Shown: positions 47,811-57,459 of the stretch, piece by piece | How the letters are laid out: each line of letters begins with the position of its first letter | Position numbering within the stretch: the stretch's first letter is position 1 | Assembly: GCA_947166405.1 (NCBI GenBank) | Contig: CAMVEA010000002.1 | Location: 164 to 64,163 of the forward strand | Source: an uncultured Candidatus Saccharibacteria bacterium | GTDB lineage: Bacteria; Patescibacteriota; Saccharimonadia; Saccharimonadales; Saccharimonadaceae | Reading direction: 5' to 3' | Length of the DNA stretch: 64,000 bases | Notes under the pieces: generated by a model | What the model saw: only the letters and a program-made list of their open reading frames with translations | Told to the model about the DNA's origin: nothing | Databases searched by the model: none | Made by a program: the position numbers and the translations under genes

Positions 47811-49274
47811 CTATATATTCTTATTATTCTTTTTAATCCTTTTTTTAATAATTCTCTTAGTTTCCAAAAACAAAGATTTGCACGTCTTAAATTCAAAGAT
47901 TAGTGCCCACATTACAGCTAAAACGCTATAAACGATAAACCCATGAATTGCCCCCATATTTAATCCACAAATAATAAAAACAACCATATTTAAACAAAAG
48001 AAAAGATAGTCTTTAAAATGCAGCGCATATTCTCTTAAATCAATTTCACCTACAATAAACCATATTGTATTAGTTAAAAGCGTAGCAACTGCAATAGAAA
48101 TTGTATTCTTAAATATCAAATACCCTGTCATATTTAATAATAAAGAAACCGCAATGACACACACCATTATTCCAAAATACTTCTTTTGTTGTTTTTTGGA
48201 CTTATAAAGATTTACATGTACAATTCTTATTAGCATTGCCGCATATTGTGCAGCAATCAAAAAGAACAACACTCCAATCGAACTCAAGTATTTGGGGAGC
48301 CAGCTTTCAATTACAAATCTCGCCAAAAATGCAAAAGATATAATAATAGAAGCAAGTAGTAAAGAATATCTTTTTATTTTAATAACCCTCTCATAACTTC
48401 TACCTCTGCAGAAATAGTTATACATGGTAATGGAAATTGGATTAATAAACACATTTAGCAAATTCTCAATGCTAACAGCAAAAGAATAATAAGCGAATTC
48501 AACCATACCTATCAAGTTTTTTACAAATAGTCTATCGATAGAAGTAAAAATTACGTTACAGAAATTACCTGTCATTAAAAAAACACCAGTTCCTACGTTT
48601 TCTTTGATATAACGTCTCTCAAACCGAAAAGCACTTTTTTGTCTGCCCAAGACCTTACGCAACTCATACTCAATAAACATCCAGTACGCAAAATATGTCA
48701 CAACATATGCAACAATATAATACAGGTAATAATCGGTTTTTATAATAAAAAGTAAAATTACATTAATAACAAATATCATTAAAGTATTGATGTTTGTAAA
48801 CCTGGAATATTTTTTAAACTCCCCTATAGCATTATAGAGATTTCGTACATAACTAGACACATTAACAGGCAGAATCACCAAAGAACAAAGCAAGAGAACT
48901 TGATTATTAATAGCTAGGGAAACCCCAACCATCAATAAACACATTATTACTTGAAAAAGCTTAAAGGTATTAAACTCTACTTTTGCTTCTTTGCCATTAA
49001 TCGAATAAATCGATTTACCACCATTCCTAAGATACATCCCATCCGCATAACCAAGATGTAAAATGCCAAGATAAGTAATGTATAGATTAAATAGTTTGAT
49101 ATTCGCGTATGAATCTACTGACAAAAATTTTGGCAAGAAAAAGGCAGTAAATAAACTAATAGCTAAATTTATAGCATTCGCTATAAAAACATACATTATC
49201 CCTCTCTTTACACTAACACTATTGTGTTTCTGATCAGAAATAATTCTGTTCCGCTTATTCATCAATATACTCAT
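47811..49274 (-). CDS. Wzx polysaccharide flippase
   Basis: About 12-14 TM segments, HLGYADGMYLR; low GC, inside the EPS locus. Confidence 0.85.
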   Translation of the reverse strand: MSILMNKRNRIISDQKHNSVSVKRGIMYVFIANAINLAISLFTAFFLPKFLSVDSYANIKLFNLYITYLGILHLGYADGMYLRNGGKSIYSINGKEAKVEFNTFKLFQVIMCLLMVGVSLAINNQVLLLCSLVILPVNVSSYVRNLYNAIGEFKKYSRFTNINTLMIFVINVILLFIIKTDYYLYYIVAYVVTYFAYWMFIEYELRKVLGRQKSAFRFERRYIKENVGTGVFLMTGNFCNVIFTSIDRLFVKNLIGMVEFAYYSFAVSIENLLNVFINPISITMYNYFCRGRSYERVIKIKRYSLLLASIIISFAFLARFVIESWLPKYLSSIGVLFFLIAAQYAAMLIRIVHVNLYKSKKQQKKYFGIMVCVIAVSLLLNMTGYLIFKNTISIAVATLLTNTIWFIVGEIDLREYALHFKDYLFFCLNMVVFIICGLNMGAIHGFIVYSVLAVMWALIFEFKTCKSLFLETKRIIKKRIKKNNKNI

Positions 49275-50176
49275 GGCTTCACATCCTCATTACGCTCAAT
49301 TCTCCTTAACCAATTCTCAAAGCTATAAAAATCTACTATCTTTTTATTTATTATTCTATATGGACTTTTTACAAATTCAGCTAATTTGGTAACATCATCC
49401 TTGCCAATAATAAAAATATTCTCTTGGTTATAAAAATCGTAATTAACTATATCTTGATAATTAGTTATCAATTTTTTGCCATAAAACAATGCTTCTAATG
49501 GCCTAAGAGTTAAACCGCAAGACTGGTTTGGTACTATATCAACGACACATCTGGATCGTTTTACGCAATCAATATAAGTACCGTATTCCACACTCTCGCT
49601 CTTTGTCTCAATTACAGTAAAGCTACACTTCAAACCTTGCCTTTCAGCGCAAACCTTTAATTCGTCCAATATTTGTTTTCGCCCTTTATCCGCTCCTAAA
49701 AAAACAATATCCGTAAATATATTATTATGGCCAACTCGTAATTGGTTTGTTAATACCTGAGGATAAAACTGACAGTTATACTTTAATCTATAATTCTGAG
49801 CATCAAAGCGACTATACGTCCAAATCTCATCAATAAACTTACTATCAAACGCCGCCTTATTATTATTTATCGGATTCCAATACCAAAAAAAGATTTTTAT
49901 TTTAGAATTAACCCGTTTAATATATCGCGCAAGATCATCAGCATTTTCGATACCAGCATCAAACATAATAACCAAATCAGTATCCTTTATCATTTTCTTC
50001 CATGATCCATAAAAAATAGGATAGAAATAATAAAGTCTCAGCTTCCGCACAATCCGTCTAATAATACGAACAGGCAACCAATAACAAGAATAGTATGAAA
50101 AAGCAACACCAGACTTATCAAATGGCATAAACCCATCACCACCTTTCAGGATTATTGTTCTATGCTTATGGTTCAT
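49271..50176 (-). CDS. Probable glycosyltransferase-like EPS protein
   Basis: FWYWNP, WTYSRFDA, FLGADKGR and GLTLRPLEALFYGKKLITN resemble GT-B C-terminal motifs. Confidence 0.6.
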   Translation of the reverse strand: MNHKHRTIILKGGDGFMPFDKSGVAFSYYSCYWLPVRIIRRIVRKLRLYYFYPIFYGSWKKMIKDTDLVIMFDAGIENADDLARYIKRVNSKIKIFFWYWNPINNNKAAFDSKFIDEIWTYSRFDAQNYRLKYNCQFYPQVLTNQLRVGHNNIFTDIVFLGADKGRKQILDELKVCAERQGLKCSFTVIETKSESVEYGTYIDCVKRSRCVVDIVPNQSCGLTLRPLEALFYGKKLITNYQDIVNYDFYNQENIFIIGKDDVTKLAEFVKSPYRIINKKIVDFYSFENWLRRIERNEDVKP

Positions 50177-50252
50177 TGTTTCCTTTCTTCATATTTAGTT
50201 TCTGTATCCTATAATAGCTTTAAAACTAGGAATAATTACAATACAATATATT

Positions 50253-51599
50253 CTACTTCTTTCTAGACAATAAATATCTGCCTTTATTCTTTTTGAATGA
50301 TATTTTACATCTAAGCAACAACTTCCAAACGAAAAAAACTATCAAATACGAATAAAGGAACTGTGTCGCCTTACTGAAAAACTCATTCGTTATAGAAAAA
50401 CGAAATAGAGGAATGCAAAACCAAGCATACATGATAAAACCCAAATCAATACCATTTTTTAGTTTTCTATTACTTATTTTCTCATACCAAATACCATAAA
50501 AAATAGCCAAAATAATCTGAAATATAATAATTGAAGCATAACCAAAGTCATGAATATAATATCTATATGCGGTATATACATTACCCGCAATATTATTATT
50601 CGCGTCTCGTCTAAATTCCAAATGAGGAGTTGCCTTAACAGGCTTATCTGCTAAACCATAACTGGACAATAATACTCTAGGCTGCCTAAATAATTCTTCC
50701 CCGAATTGATTTGATTCTATCGGATTCTCAATAAACAAATCAAGCGCCTCAATCGAATTACCCATATAGTAAGTCACACTATCAAACGCAGAATCTTTTG
50801 TGCTTCTACCAAAAAGACCACGTGTCAAACCAAAAAGCATCAGGAATCCAATCGTAATCAGCAATCCACTTATTAAAAATTTAAAATTCATTTTCTGAAC
50901 AAACTGATACCTTCTATTTAATAACGAATAGGCGATGAAAAGTGCATAAATAAAAGCAAGCAGTATTGTAGTCCTCTGCGCTGTGAATGCAGAAGAAGCA
51001 AGATATATTATAATAGATATCAATATTAAATAGTTTTTCTTTCTCTTTTTATCAACTACAAAGTTATTCATAAAAACATACAGCATAACATATACTCCAA
51101 CATTTAAAACAAAATTCATTTTCGTCATCCAAGACGGAAGAAAGACCGCACCTTCATGAACTGTTTCATGCCTATAGATACCCATAGCTACAGATATATC
51201 ACTTCCTTGACTAATATCATTCATGACCGAAAGATTTGTTTTTATATAAAGAATAGAAAAAACAAAATATGTTAATACAATAAAAAACAGAACAATATTA
51301 CTAATATCTATATAATTCAGTTTTTCACAGTTTATTTTTTTTCTATGTTTAGACTTCTTTTCGTAAATATTATGAATGACGGTAGAAACGATAGCGAAAA
51401 CAGCGTTACCACCCAAAATAACTGCCACAGTATCAGTTCTTAAATCTACCCCCCACTTATCTATATTAAAAAAACAAGCTATCGTACTAAGTATAAACAC
51501 CTCACACATAATCGCAGAAGGAGAAAATAAATCCTTATTAAAAACATAATAACAATATATTAACTCTAAAATTAGTCCGGCCAGCAAGATAAAAATCAT
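50253..51599 (-). CDS. Wzy O-antigen/EPS polymerase
   Basis: About 11 TM segments with a large loop, GNVYTAYRYYIHDFG. Confidence 0.82.
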   Translation of the reverse strand: MIFILLAGLILELIYCYYVFNKDLFSPSAIMCEVFILSTIACFFNIDKWGVDLRTDTVAVILGGNAVFAIVSTVIHNIYEKKSKHRKKINCEKLNYIDISNIVLFFIVLTYFVFSILYIKTNLSVMNDISQGSDISVAMGIYRHETVHEGAVFLPSWMTKMNFVLNVGVYVMLYVFMNNFVVDKKRKKNYLILISIIIYLASSAFTAQRTTILLAFIYALFIAYSLLNRRYQFVQKMNFKFLISGLLITIGFLMLFGLTRGLFGRSTKDSAFDSVTYYMGNSIEALDLFIENPIESNQFGEELFRQPRVLLSSYGLADKPVKATPHLEFRRDANNNIAGNVYTAYRYYIHDFGYASIIIFQIILAIFYGIWYEKISNRKLKNGIDLGFIMYAWFCIPLFRFSITNEFFSKATQFLYSYLIVFFVWKLLLRCKISFKKNKGRYLLSRKK

Positions 51600-51661
51600 T
51601 TAATTGTCACCCTTTATCAATATAATTTCTTTCTTCGTTTACCATACCACCTATAATTATA

Positions 51662-52633
51662 TCATACTAAGTTAATTAATTCATGAAACAAATCACTAAC
51701 ATTATACGAGTGTAAAACTTTTCCAAAACAAGTTAAATTCCCTATATAAATTCTGTTCTTAATTATCTGTTCAAAAAACCTGTTATAAAAAATCTTTTTA
51801 ATCAATTTATCATCATATTTACAGAATTCATGATTTTTCTCCAAAGTATAATCAATCATACGACTAAACTCTTTATAATTCTTTTTCGTGATTTTCTCTC
51901 TTCCACTTAAAAACCAAAGGCACTTACAGATTTTTTCATCATATTTTCCTGTTATTTTACTAGAATTCTTTTCAATAATTCTCCTTGATAATTCACGCTG
52001 AATTTGGCTCTTTTCAAACGAAGCCTGTTTTTTATGCACACGATATTCCAACAAACACTTATCACAATTTCCAATCCTACAATTTCCAGACATTCTACTC
52101 CATAGCTCAAAATCTTGCGAGCAAGTAAAATCATTATCATATTTATATCGCTCAAAAAGACACCTTTTACCTATTATTGTTGGGTGTATTAAAGTTGCCC
52201 TAAACAATAATTGTACTTCTATTTCCTCTGGAGAATTGAACAATAGTTTCTTTTTTCCTCTAGTATTTCCAATTAACAATGCCGAAGTCCCACATAAATC
52301 CAAATCGCTTCTCCGTAAAAACTCAAGCTCTTCAGATATTCTATTCGTCAAACTAATATCATCACTATCCATCCTAGCAATATACTTACCTGTCGATTTT
52401 TCTATACCAAGATTTAAAGAATATGGTAAACCTTTATTCTCCTCATTTAAAATTAGCTTTATTCTGTCATCTTTATATTCTGATTTCAAATAATTATATT
52501 CTTCTTTTGACCCATCGCAAACAACAATCAATTCAAGATTCTTATAAGTCTGTGACAAAATACTATCAATTGCACTTCTTAAATATGATTTTGGAGTATT
52601 ATATGTTGACATAATTACGGAAACTTTATCCAT
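51662..52633 (-). CDS. GT2 glycosyltransferase
   Basis: VSVIMSTYN, VCDGS, YIARMDSDD, HPT, QDFELW. Confidence 0.92.
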   Translation of the reverse strand: MDKVSVIMSTYNTPKSYLRSAIDSILSQTYKNLELIVVCDGSKEEYNYLKSEYKDDRIKLILNEENKGLPYSLNLGIEKSTGKYIARMDSDDISLTNRISEELEFLRRSDLDLCGTSALLIGNTRGKKKLLFNSPEEIEVQLLFRATLIHPTIIGKRCLFERYKYDNDFTCSQDFELWSRMSGNCRIGNCDKCLLEYRVHKKQASFEKSQIQRELSRRIIEKNSSKITGKYDEKICKCLWFLSGREKITKKNYKEFSRMIDYTLEKNHEFCKYDDKLIKKIFYNRFFEQIIKNRIYIGNLTCFGKVLHSYNVSDLFHELINLV

Positions 52634-52691
52634 TATTACTTCCTTTCCTATAATTATTAATTTCGTAATCTATTTTCATAATCTCGATCCC

Positions 52692-53828
52692 TTATAATTC
52701 TATACTGTCTAAATAAATATGTAAAAGTCTTCTTGAAGTCTGTCTAACATCATATTCATTTGCAGAGTCAAAAAAATGAATATCATTTCTTGTTTTCTTT
52801 GTTCTTTCTTCAAGAATCCTTTCTTTCCATTTAGCAATTGATAATTCTTCAAACATAATAGCATCTGAAATCATTGCTTCTTTTGGAATATTTGAAGACG
52901 CTAGACAAGGAAGTCCAGAAAACTGCGCTTCCACTAAAACCATCCCCAAGCCTTCGTATAAAGATGGCAGTATAAAGCAATCAAATGCACTATAGTATTT
53001 GAATATTTCGTTTGTTTCTGGAATTAAGATTATCATATCGTCAAGGCCTTCTTCTTTTACCTTCCTTTCGAATTCTGATTTCAAGCTTCCGCCCCCACAT
53101 AACATAAAAACGACATCATTATCCTTCATGCTTCTTATTAACTCAAGAATAAAACGATGATTTTTGGGTATTTCGAAACGACCAACATGTCCAACTAAAA
53201 AAGTATCATTCCCAACTAAGTATTTTTTTCGAATCCTATTTCTATATAATTGATTAAATCTATACTTTTCAATCTCTATCGCATTATTTATTATCATACA
53301 TTTTTTTGAATTAGCGATTTCAGGTCCATATAACCACTCTGCTGCTTCCATAGAACACGCAAAGTAATAATCACAATAATATTTAATACGACTTTGCAAC
53401 AACTTTTTCACAATCGCTTTCAACCCTTTTCCATTAGAAATACTATGACTATGACAAATCGTAACTAATCCGTTTTCCTTCGCAATCTTTAACACAATCG
53501 ACGCCACACTCCGTACATGAGAATGAATAATTTTATACTCAGGATGTTCTTCGAAAAAGACTCTCCACTGCCTAATGAAGCTATTGTAATTATGTCCTTT
53601 AAAAAACTCATCAAAAACATACACCCTTCCGCCCAATGACTCTATCTCTTCTTTATAAAACATATTATCTTTTCTATCAACAATAAAATCAAATTGCACT
53701 ATATTTCTATCTATATTCCTATAGATGTTCATTATCATAGACTGCGAACCACCAGCTTCTAAACAGCCAATGTATTGCAACACTCTAACAGGGCCATTAT
53801 TCTCTTTTTTCTTTATTGTTTTATTCAT
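52692..53828 (-). CDS. GT4 glycosyltransferase (EpsF-like)
   Basis: RVLQYIG.LEAGG, HVGRF..PKNH, PSLYEGLGMVLVEAQ. Confidence 0.9.
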   Translation of the reverse strand: MNKTIKKKENNGPVRVLQYIGCLEAGGSQSMIMNIYRNIDRNIVQFDFIVDRKDNMFYKEEIESLGGRVYVFDEFFKGHNYNSFIRQWRVFFEEHPEYKIIHSHVRSVASIVLKIAKENGLVTICHSHSISNGKGLKAIVKKLLQSRIKYYCDYYFACSMEAAEWLYGPEIANSKKCMIINNAIEIEKYRFNQLYRNRIRKKYLVGNDTFLVGHVGRFEIPKNHRFILELIRSMKDNDVVFMLCGGGSLKSEFERKVKEEGLDDMIILIPETNEIFKYYSAFDCFILPSLYEGLGMVLVEAQFSGLPCLASSNIPKEAMISDAIMFEELSIAKWKERILEERTKKTRNDIHFFDSANEYDVRQTSRRLLHIYLDSIEL

Positions 53829-54922
53829 TTTTCTCTCGTTATTTCTTGCAAATATGAATTAATTACAATGTTTCTATCAAACTCTTTTTCTATTCTTTTC
53901 CTTGCCCTTAAACCCATCTGTTCTTTTTCTTTATTGCTTAATTTAATAAACTTTTCTACCTTCTTTATTAACGATTCGATATCTCTACTTTTTATTATAT
54001 ACCCATTTACACCATCCTCAACAATTTCTTTACATCCAGGTCGATCCGTAGTGATAATTGGTCTTCCCGAAGCACAACTTTCAAGCAAAACATTACTCAT
54101 TCCCTCTGGATAAAAAGAAGGATGGATAGTACAATTGTTCATCTTATGAAACTCCCTTACGTCTTTTACGCAACCATGATATATAATAATGCCATCCTTA
54201 TTAAGTTTATTTAGTTTCTTTAAATATTCTTCGTCATCACAAGCACCAAGTATATGAAATTCAGTATTCTTATAATTTGCTTTTATGTAATTTGCCAATT
54301 CTAAATACTCATCTATTCCTTTTTCATGCATTATTCTTGAAATAAAAAAGAATCTGATAACACCATCTTTCGGGTATTTTAACAATACGTGATGCTTTAA
54401 ATTAACCCCTGAGCCAGGTATAAGCCTATATCGACCTTTAACGACCCCGCGATTCAACATAAAATTTAAGTTGTTCGCATTTTGAAAGAAAACACATTTA
54501 GCTCTTCTTATCCCCTTCTTATATAAAAACAGAGTTACAGCCTGCAATAATCCAGGTTGCTCTACAGACGTACCTAAACCAGTTACGTTAGAGATATATG
54601 GAATATTAAGCTTACTACAAACATACCCTCCATACACATTCGGTTTAATTGTATAAGTTAATACCATATCTGGCTGTATCTTTTTTACTATTTTTCTAAA
54701 ATCTATCATCATTCTCAAATCTTTTATCGGATTCGTGCCACGACTATCAATCTTTATCGAGACAAAAATACACTTTAATTCTTTTAGTTCATCCAAGTAT
54801 CGACAATCTGTTGGTGCTACAACAAAAATTTTATAGTTTTCCTTAAGCAAAGATTCGAGAAGCTCTTTTCTAAAGCTAATCAAACCCATTAATGAATTAC
54901 AAAATACTACTATCTTTTTCAT
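53825..54922 (-). CDS. GT4 glycosyltransferase (PglA/WbnH-like)
   Basis: YTIKPNVYG, NVTGLG, IPGSGV, EKGIDE, PEGMSNVLLE. Confidence 0.9.
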   Translation of the reverse strand: MKKIVVFCNSLMGLISFRKELLESLLKENYKIFVVAPTDCRYLDELKELKCIFVSIKIDSRGTNPIKDLRMMIDFRKIVKKIQPDMVLTYTIKPNVYGGYVCSKLNIPYISNVTGLGTSVEQPGLLQAVTLFLYKKGIRRAKCVFFQNANNLNFMLNRGVVKGRYRLIPGSGVNLKHHVLLKYPKDGVIRFFFISRIMHEKGIDEYLELANYIKANYKNTEFHILGACDDEEYLKKLNKLNKDGIIIYHGCVKDVREFHKMNNCTIHPSFYPEGMSNVLLESCASGRPIITTDRPGCKEIVEDGVNGYIIKSRDIESLIKKVEKFIKLSNKEKEQMGLRARKRIEKEFDRNIVINSYLQEITREK

Positions 54923-54925
54923 TAC

Positions 54926-55543
54926 TTACCTCTCCAATTTTTTTGCCGGAATTCCGATATATACACCAGGATCATCAATTCTTTTTAGTACTATCGCACC
55001 AGCCCCAATAACAACATCATCTTCTATAGTAACATTATTGACTACAGAAACCCCAACGCAAATCCAAGAATAATCACCGACTGCAACTGTCCCAGCCAAA
55101 TGCGCACCCGGTGAAATATGCACAAAATCGCCAATCCTGCAATCATGATCTACAGTTACGCCAGTATTAATAATACAATGCTCACCTATCACCGTATCAA
55201 CGTTTATCACTGTACCAGCCATCACTACACTACCAACACCAATTTTAACCGTATCGGCAATCGTAGCCCTCGGATGAATTGCCGTGTAATATTTAACATT
55301 TAAGCTACCTGCAATCTTCGCACGCATATGGTTAACACCAATAGCTACCACAAAATAACAATCTTTATACTTCTCTGCATCAGAAACCTTACCCAAGACT
55401 TTATATTCTTTAAAAACCAAGCTACCCTGCTTATCATCGTCATCATCCAGAAATCCCACTAACTCATCGCCAGCACAAAACACAATATCAGCAATCACCT
55501 TTGCATGACCACCAGCTCCAATGATTATAACTTTTTTTGCCAT
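54926..55543 (-). CDS. Sugar N/O-acetyltransferase (PglD/EpsM/NeuD-like, hexapeptide repeat)
   Basis: IIGAGGHAKV, VDHDC, HISPGA. Start MAKK at 55543. Confidence 0.9.
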   Translation of the reverse strand: MAKKVIIIGAGGHAKVIADIVFCAGDELVGFLDDDDDKQGSLVFKEYKVLGKVSDAEKYKDCYFVVAIGVNHMRAKIAGSLNVKYYTAIHPRATIADTVKIGVGSVVMAGTVINVDTVIGEHCIINTGVTVDHDCRIGDFVHISPGAHLAGTVAVGDYSWICVGVSVVNNVTIEDDVVIGAGAIVLKRIDDPGVYIGIPAKKLER

Positions 55544-55544
55544 T

Positions 55545-56186
55545 CTAATGTGCCCTCTCCTCAATTAAATTTGTCATAGTTTGGCTCTTGCCATCTGAAA
55601 TACCAGAACGTCTTACAACCTGCAAAAGCGTAGAAAACACAATCTTAAGATCTTGGAAAAAGGTTACATGATTAACATATATCGCATCAATTTCAAAACG
55701 TTTTTTCCATCCAACTAAATTGCGTCCACTCACTTGCGCTAATCCAGTCAATCCTGGCCTCACATCATGGCGACAACGCTCAGCTTTAGTATAATAAGGT
55801 AAATATTCCACCAAAAGCGGTCTCGGCCCCACAAAACTCATATCGCCTTTCAGAATATTAACCAGTTCTGGTAATTCATCAAGTGAAGAAGCCCTAAGCA
55901 CTCTACCAAAACGCGTCAAGCGCTTCTCGTCTGGCAACAATCTACCCTTCTTATCCCTAGCATCTGTCATCGTTCGAAATTTATACAACCTAAAAATCCT
56001 CTCGTCCTTACCAGGTCGTTCTTGCTTAAAGATAACTGGGCTACCCAATTTAACTCGCACTAAAATCGCCACTACCAACAATATCGGAGAAAGAAGTACC
56101 AAGGCGAATAGCGCAAAAACCACGTCCAAAACACGCTTAAAGAATTTTTCGTATAGCCCATATGGTTTGTGATTATTCTTACTCAT
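55545..56186 (-). CDS. Priming phosphoglycosyltransferase (PglC/EpsL-like)
   Basis: KRVLD, FKQERPG, KFRTM, SLDELPEL..ILKGDMSFVGPRP, RPGLTGLAQV. Confidence 0.93.
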   Translation of the reverse strand: MSKNNHKPYGLYEKFFKRVLDVVFALFALVLLSPILLVVAILVRVKLGSPVIFKQERPGKDERIFRLYKFRTMTDARDKKGRLLPDEKRLTRFGRVLRASSLDELPELVNILKGDMSFVGPRPLLVEYLPYYTKAERCRHDVRPGLTGLAQVSGRNLVGWKKRFEIDAIYVNHVTFFQDLKIVFSTLLQVVRRSGISDGKSQTMTNLIEERAH

Positions 56187-56187
56187 C

Positions 56188-57459
56188 TTATTTAAAACAC
56201 TCATGTATTAATTTAATTATAACATCTTGCTCTTCTGCTGTCATTTTATTATCCGACGGCAAGCATAAACCTCTCGCGAAAATATCCATCCCCACATCCG
56301 TACATTTAGTAGCAATATAAGCATTACTCTTCGCACGACTAGAACCCCCGCATGTAATAAAATCATTGTTACGAAATATCGGCTGCATGTGCATCGGTTT
56401 CCAAATCGGACGTCCTTCGGCATTGTATTTAGCCAAGGTATCCAATATTTCAGTCGGACAACTTTTGCCGGATTCGCTAATATATAACACATCCTGTTCC
56501 CCACGCACCTGTTTACACATCGCATCTTTGTCAATAATCATACAAGAAAGCCAATAATTCGGTTCAGAATTATCAACATCGTAAGGATTCATCTTTACCG
56601 GTAAATCATTCAAACCTTCCTTATATCTTTCATATATTGCCTTCTTCTGTTCAATATGTTCTTCTAAGTGAGGGATTTGTCCACGCACGACACCAGCAAT
56701 CACATTACTCATTCGATAGTTATAGCCCACCTCTTCATGCTGATACCAAGGAGCATTCTCACGTGCCTGCGTAGACCATTTACGAGCCTTATTAGCGCCC
56801 TCCAAATCATCGGTCAAGAGCATCCCACCAGCGGAACCAGTAATAATCTTATTGCCATTAAACGAAATGCAATTATAGTCACCAAACATACCAGTCTGTC
56901 GCCCCTTATAGCTTGCACCTAACGATTCAGCTGCATCCTCCACAATCAAAGCATTATGCCTCTTAGCAATCCCTCTAATCTCATCAATCTTAGCCGGCGT
57001 GCCATACAAATGCGCCACCACAACCAAACGCACATCAGGATAAATCTCGAAAGCCTTTTCTAGAGCCTCCGGATCCATATTCCAAGTATCGTATTCCGTA
57101 TCGATAAACACTAGCTCACCACCTTCATATGTAATAGGATTAGCAGTAGCAGCAAAAGTTACATCACTACAAAACACCCTATGTCCTTCAAGACTCCCAT
57201 GACCAGCTCGCGGTTTACCATAAAGCTTTTCGCCAGCCATCCTAACGGCTAGGTGTAATGCTGCAGTACCAGAGCTCAATGCCACTGTATTTTTAATACC
57301 AATCTTTTTAGCAATCTGCTCTTCCACCTTGTCAATGTTTTCGCCAACAGTAGACATCCAATTAGTCTCATAAGCGCTTGTCACATACTTTATCTCTTCA
57401 CCGTGCATAGTCGGACTAGCCAACCATATCTTTTTTTCAAATGGTTTTATTCTATTCAT
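56188..57459 (-). CDS. DegT-family sugar aminotransferase (PglE/EpsN-like)
   Basis: SSGTAALH, VEDAAES, SFNGNKIIT, GYNYRMSN. Confidence 0.93.
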   Translation of the reverse strand: MNRIKPFEKKIWLASPTMHGEEIKYVTSAYETNWMSTVGENIDKVEEQIAKKIGIKNTVALSSGTAALHLAVRMAGEKLYGKPRAGHGSLEGHRVFCSDVTFAATANPITYEGGELVFIDTEYDTWNMDPEALEKAFEIYPDVRLVVVAHLYGTPAKIDEIRGIAKRHNALIVEDAAESLGASYKGRQTGMFGDYNCISFNGNKIITGSAGGMLLTDDLEGANKARKWSTQARENAPWYQHEEVGYNYRMSNVIAGVVRGQIPHLEEHIEQKKAIYERYKEGLNDLPVKMNPYDVDNSEPNYWLSCMIIDKDAMCKQVRGEQDVLYISESGKSCPTEILDTLAKYNAEGRPIWKPMHMQPIFRNNDFITCGGSSRAKSNAYIATKCTDVGMDIFARGLCLPSDNKMTAEEQDVIIKLIHECFK

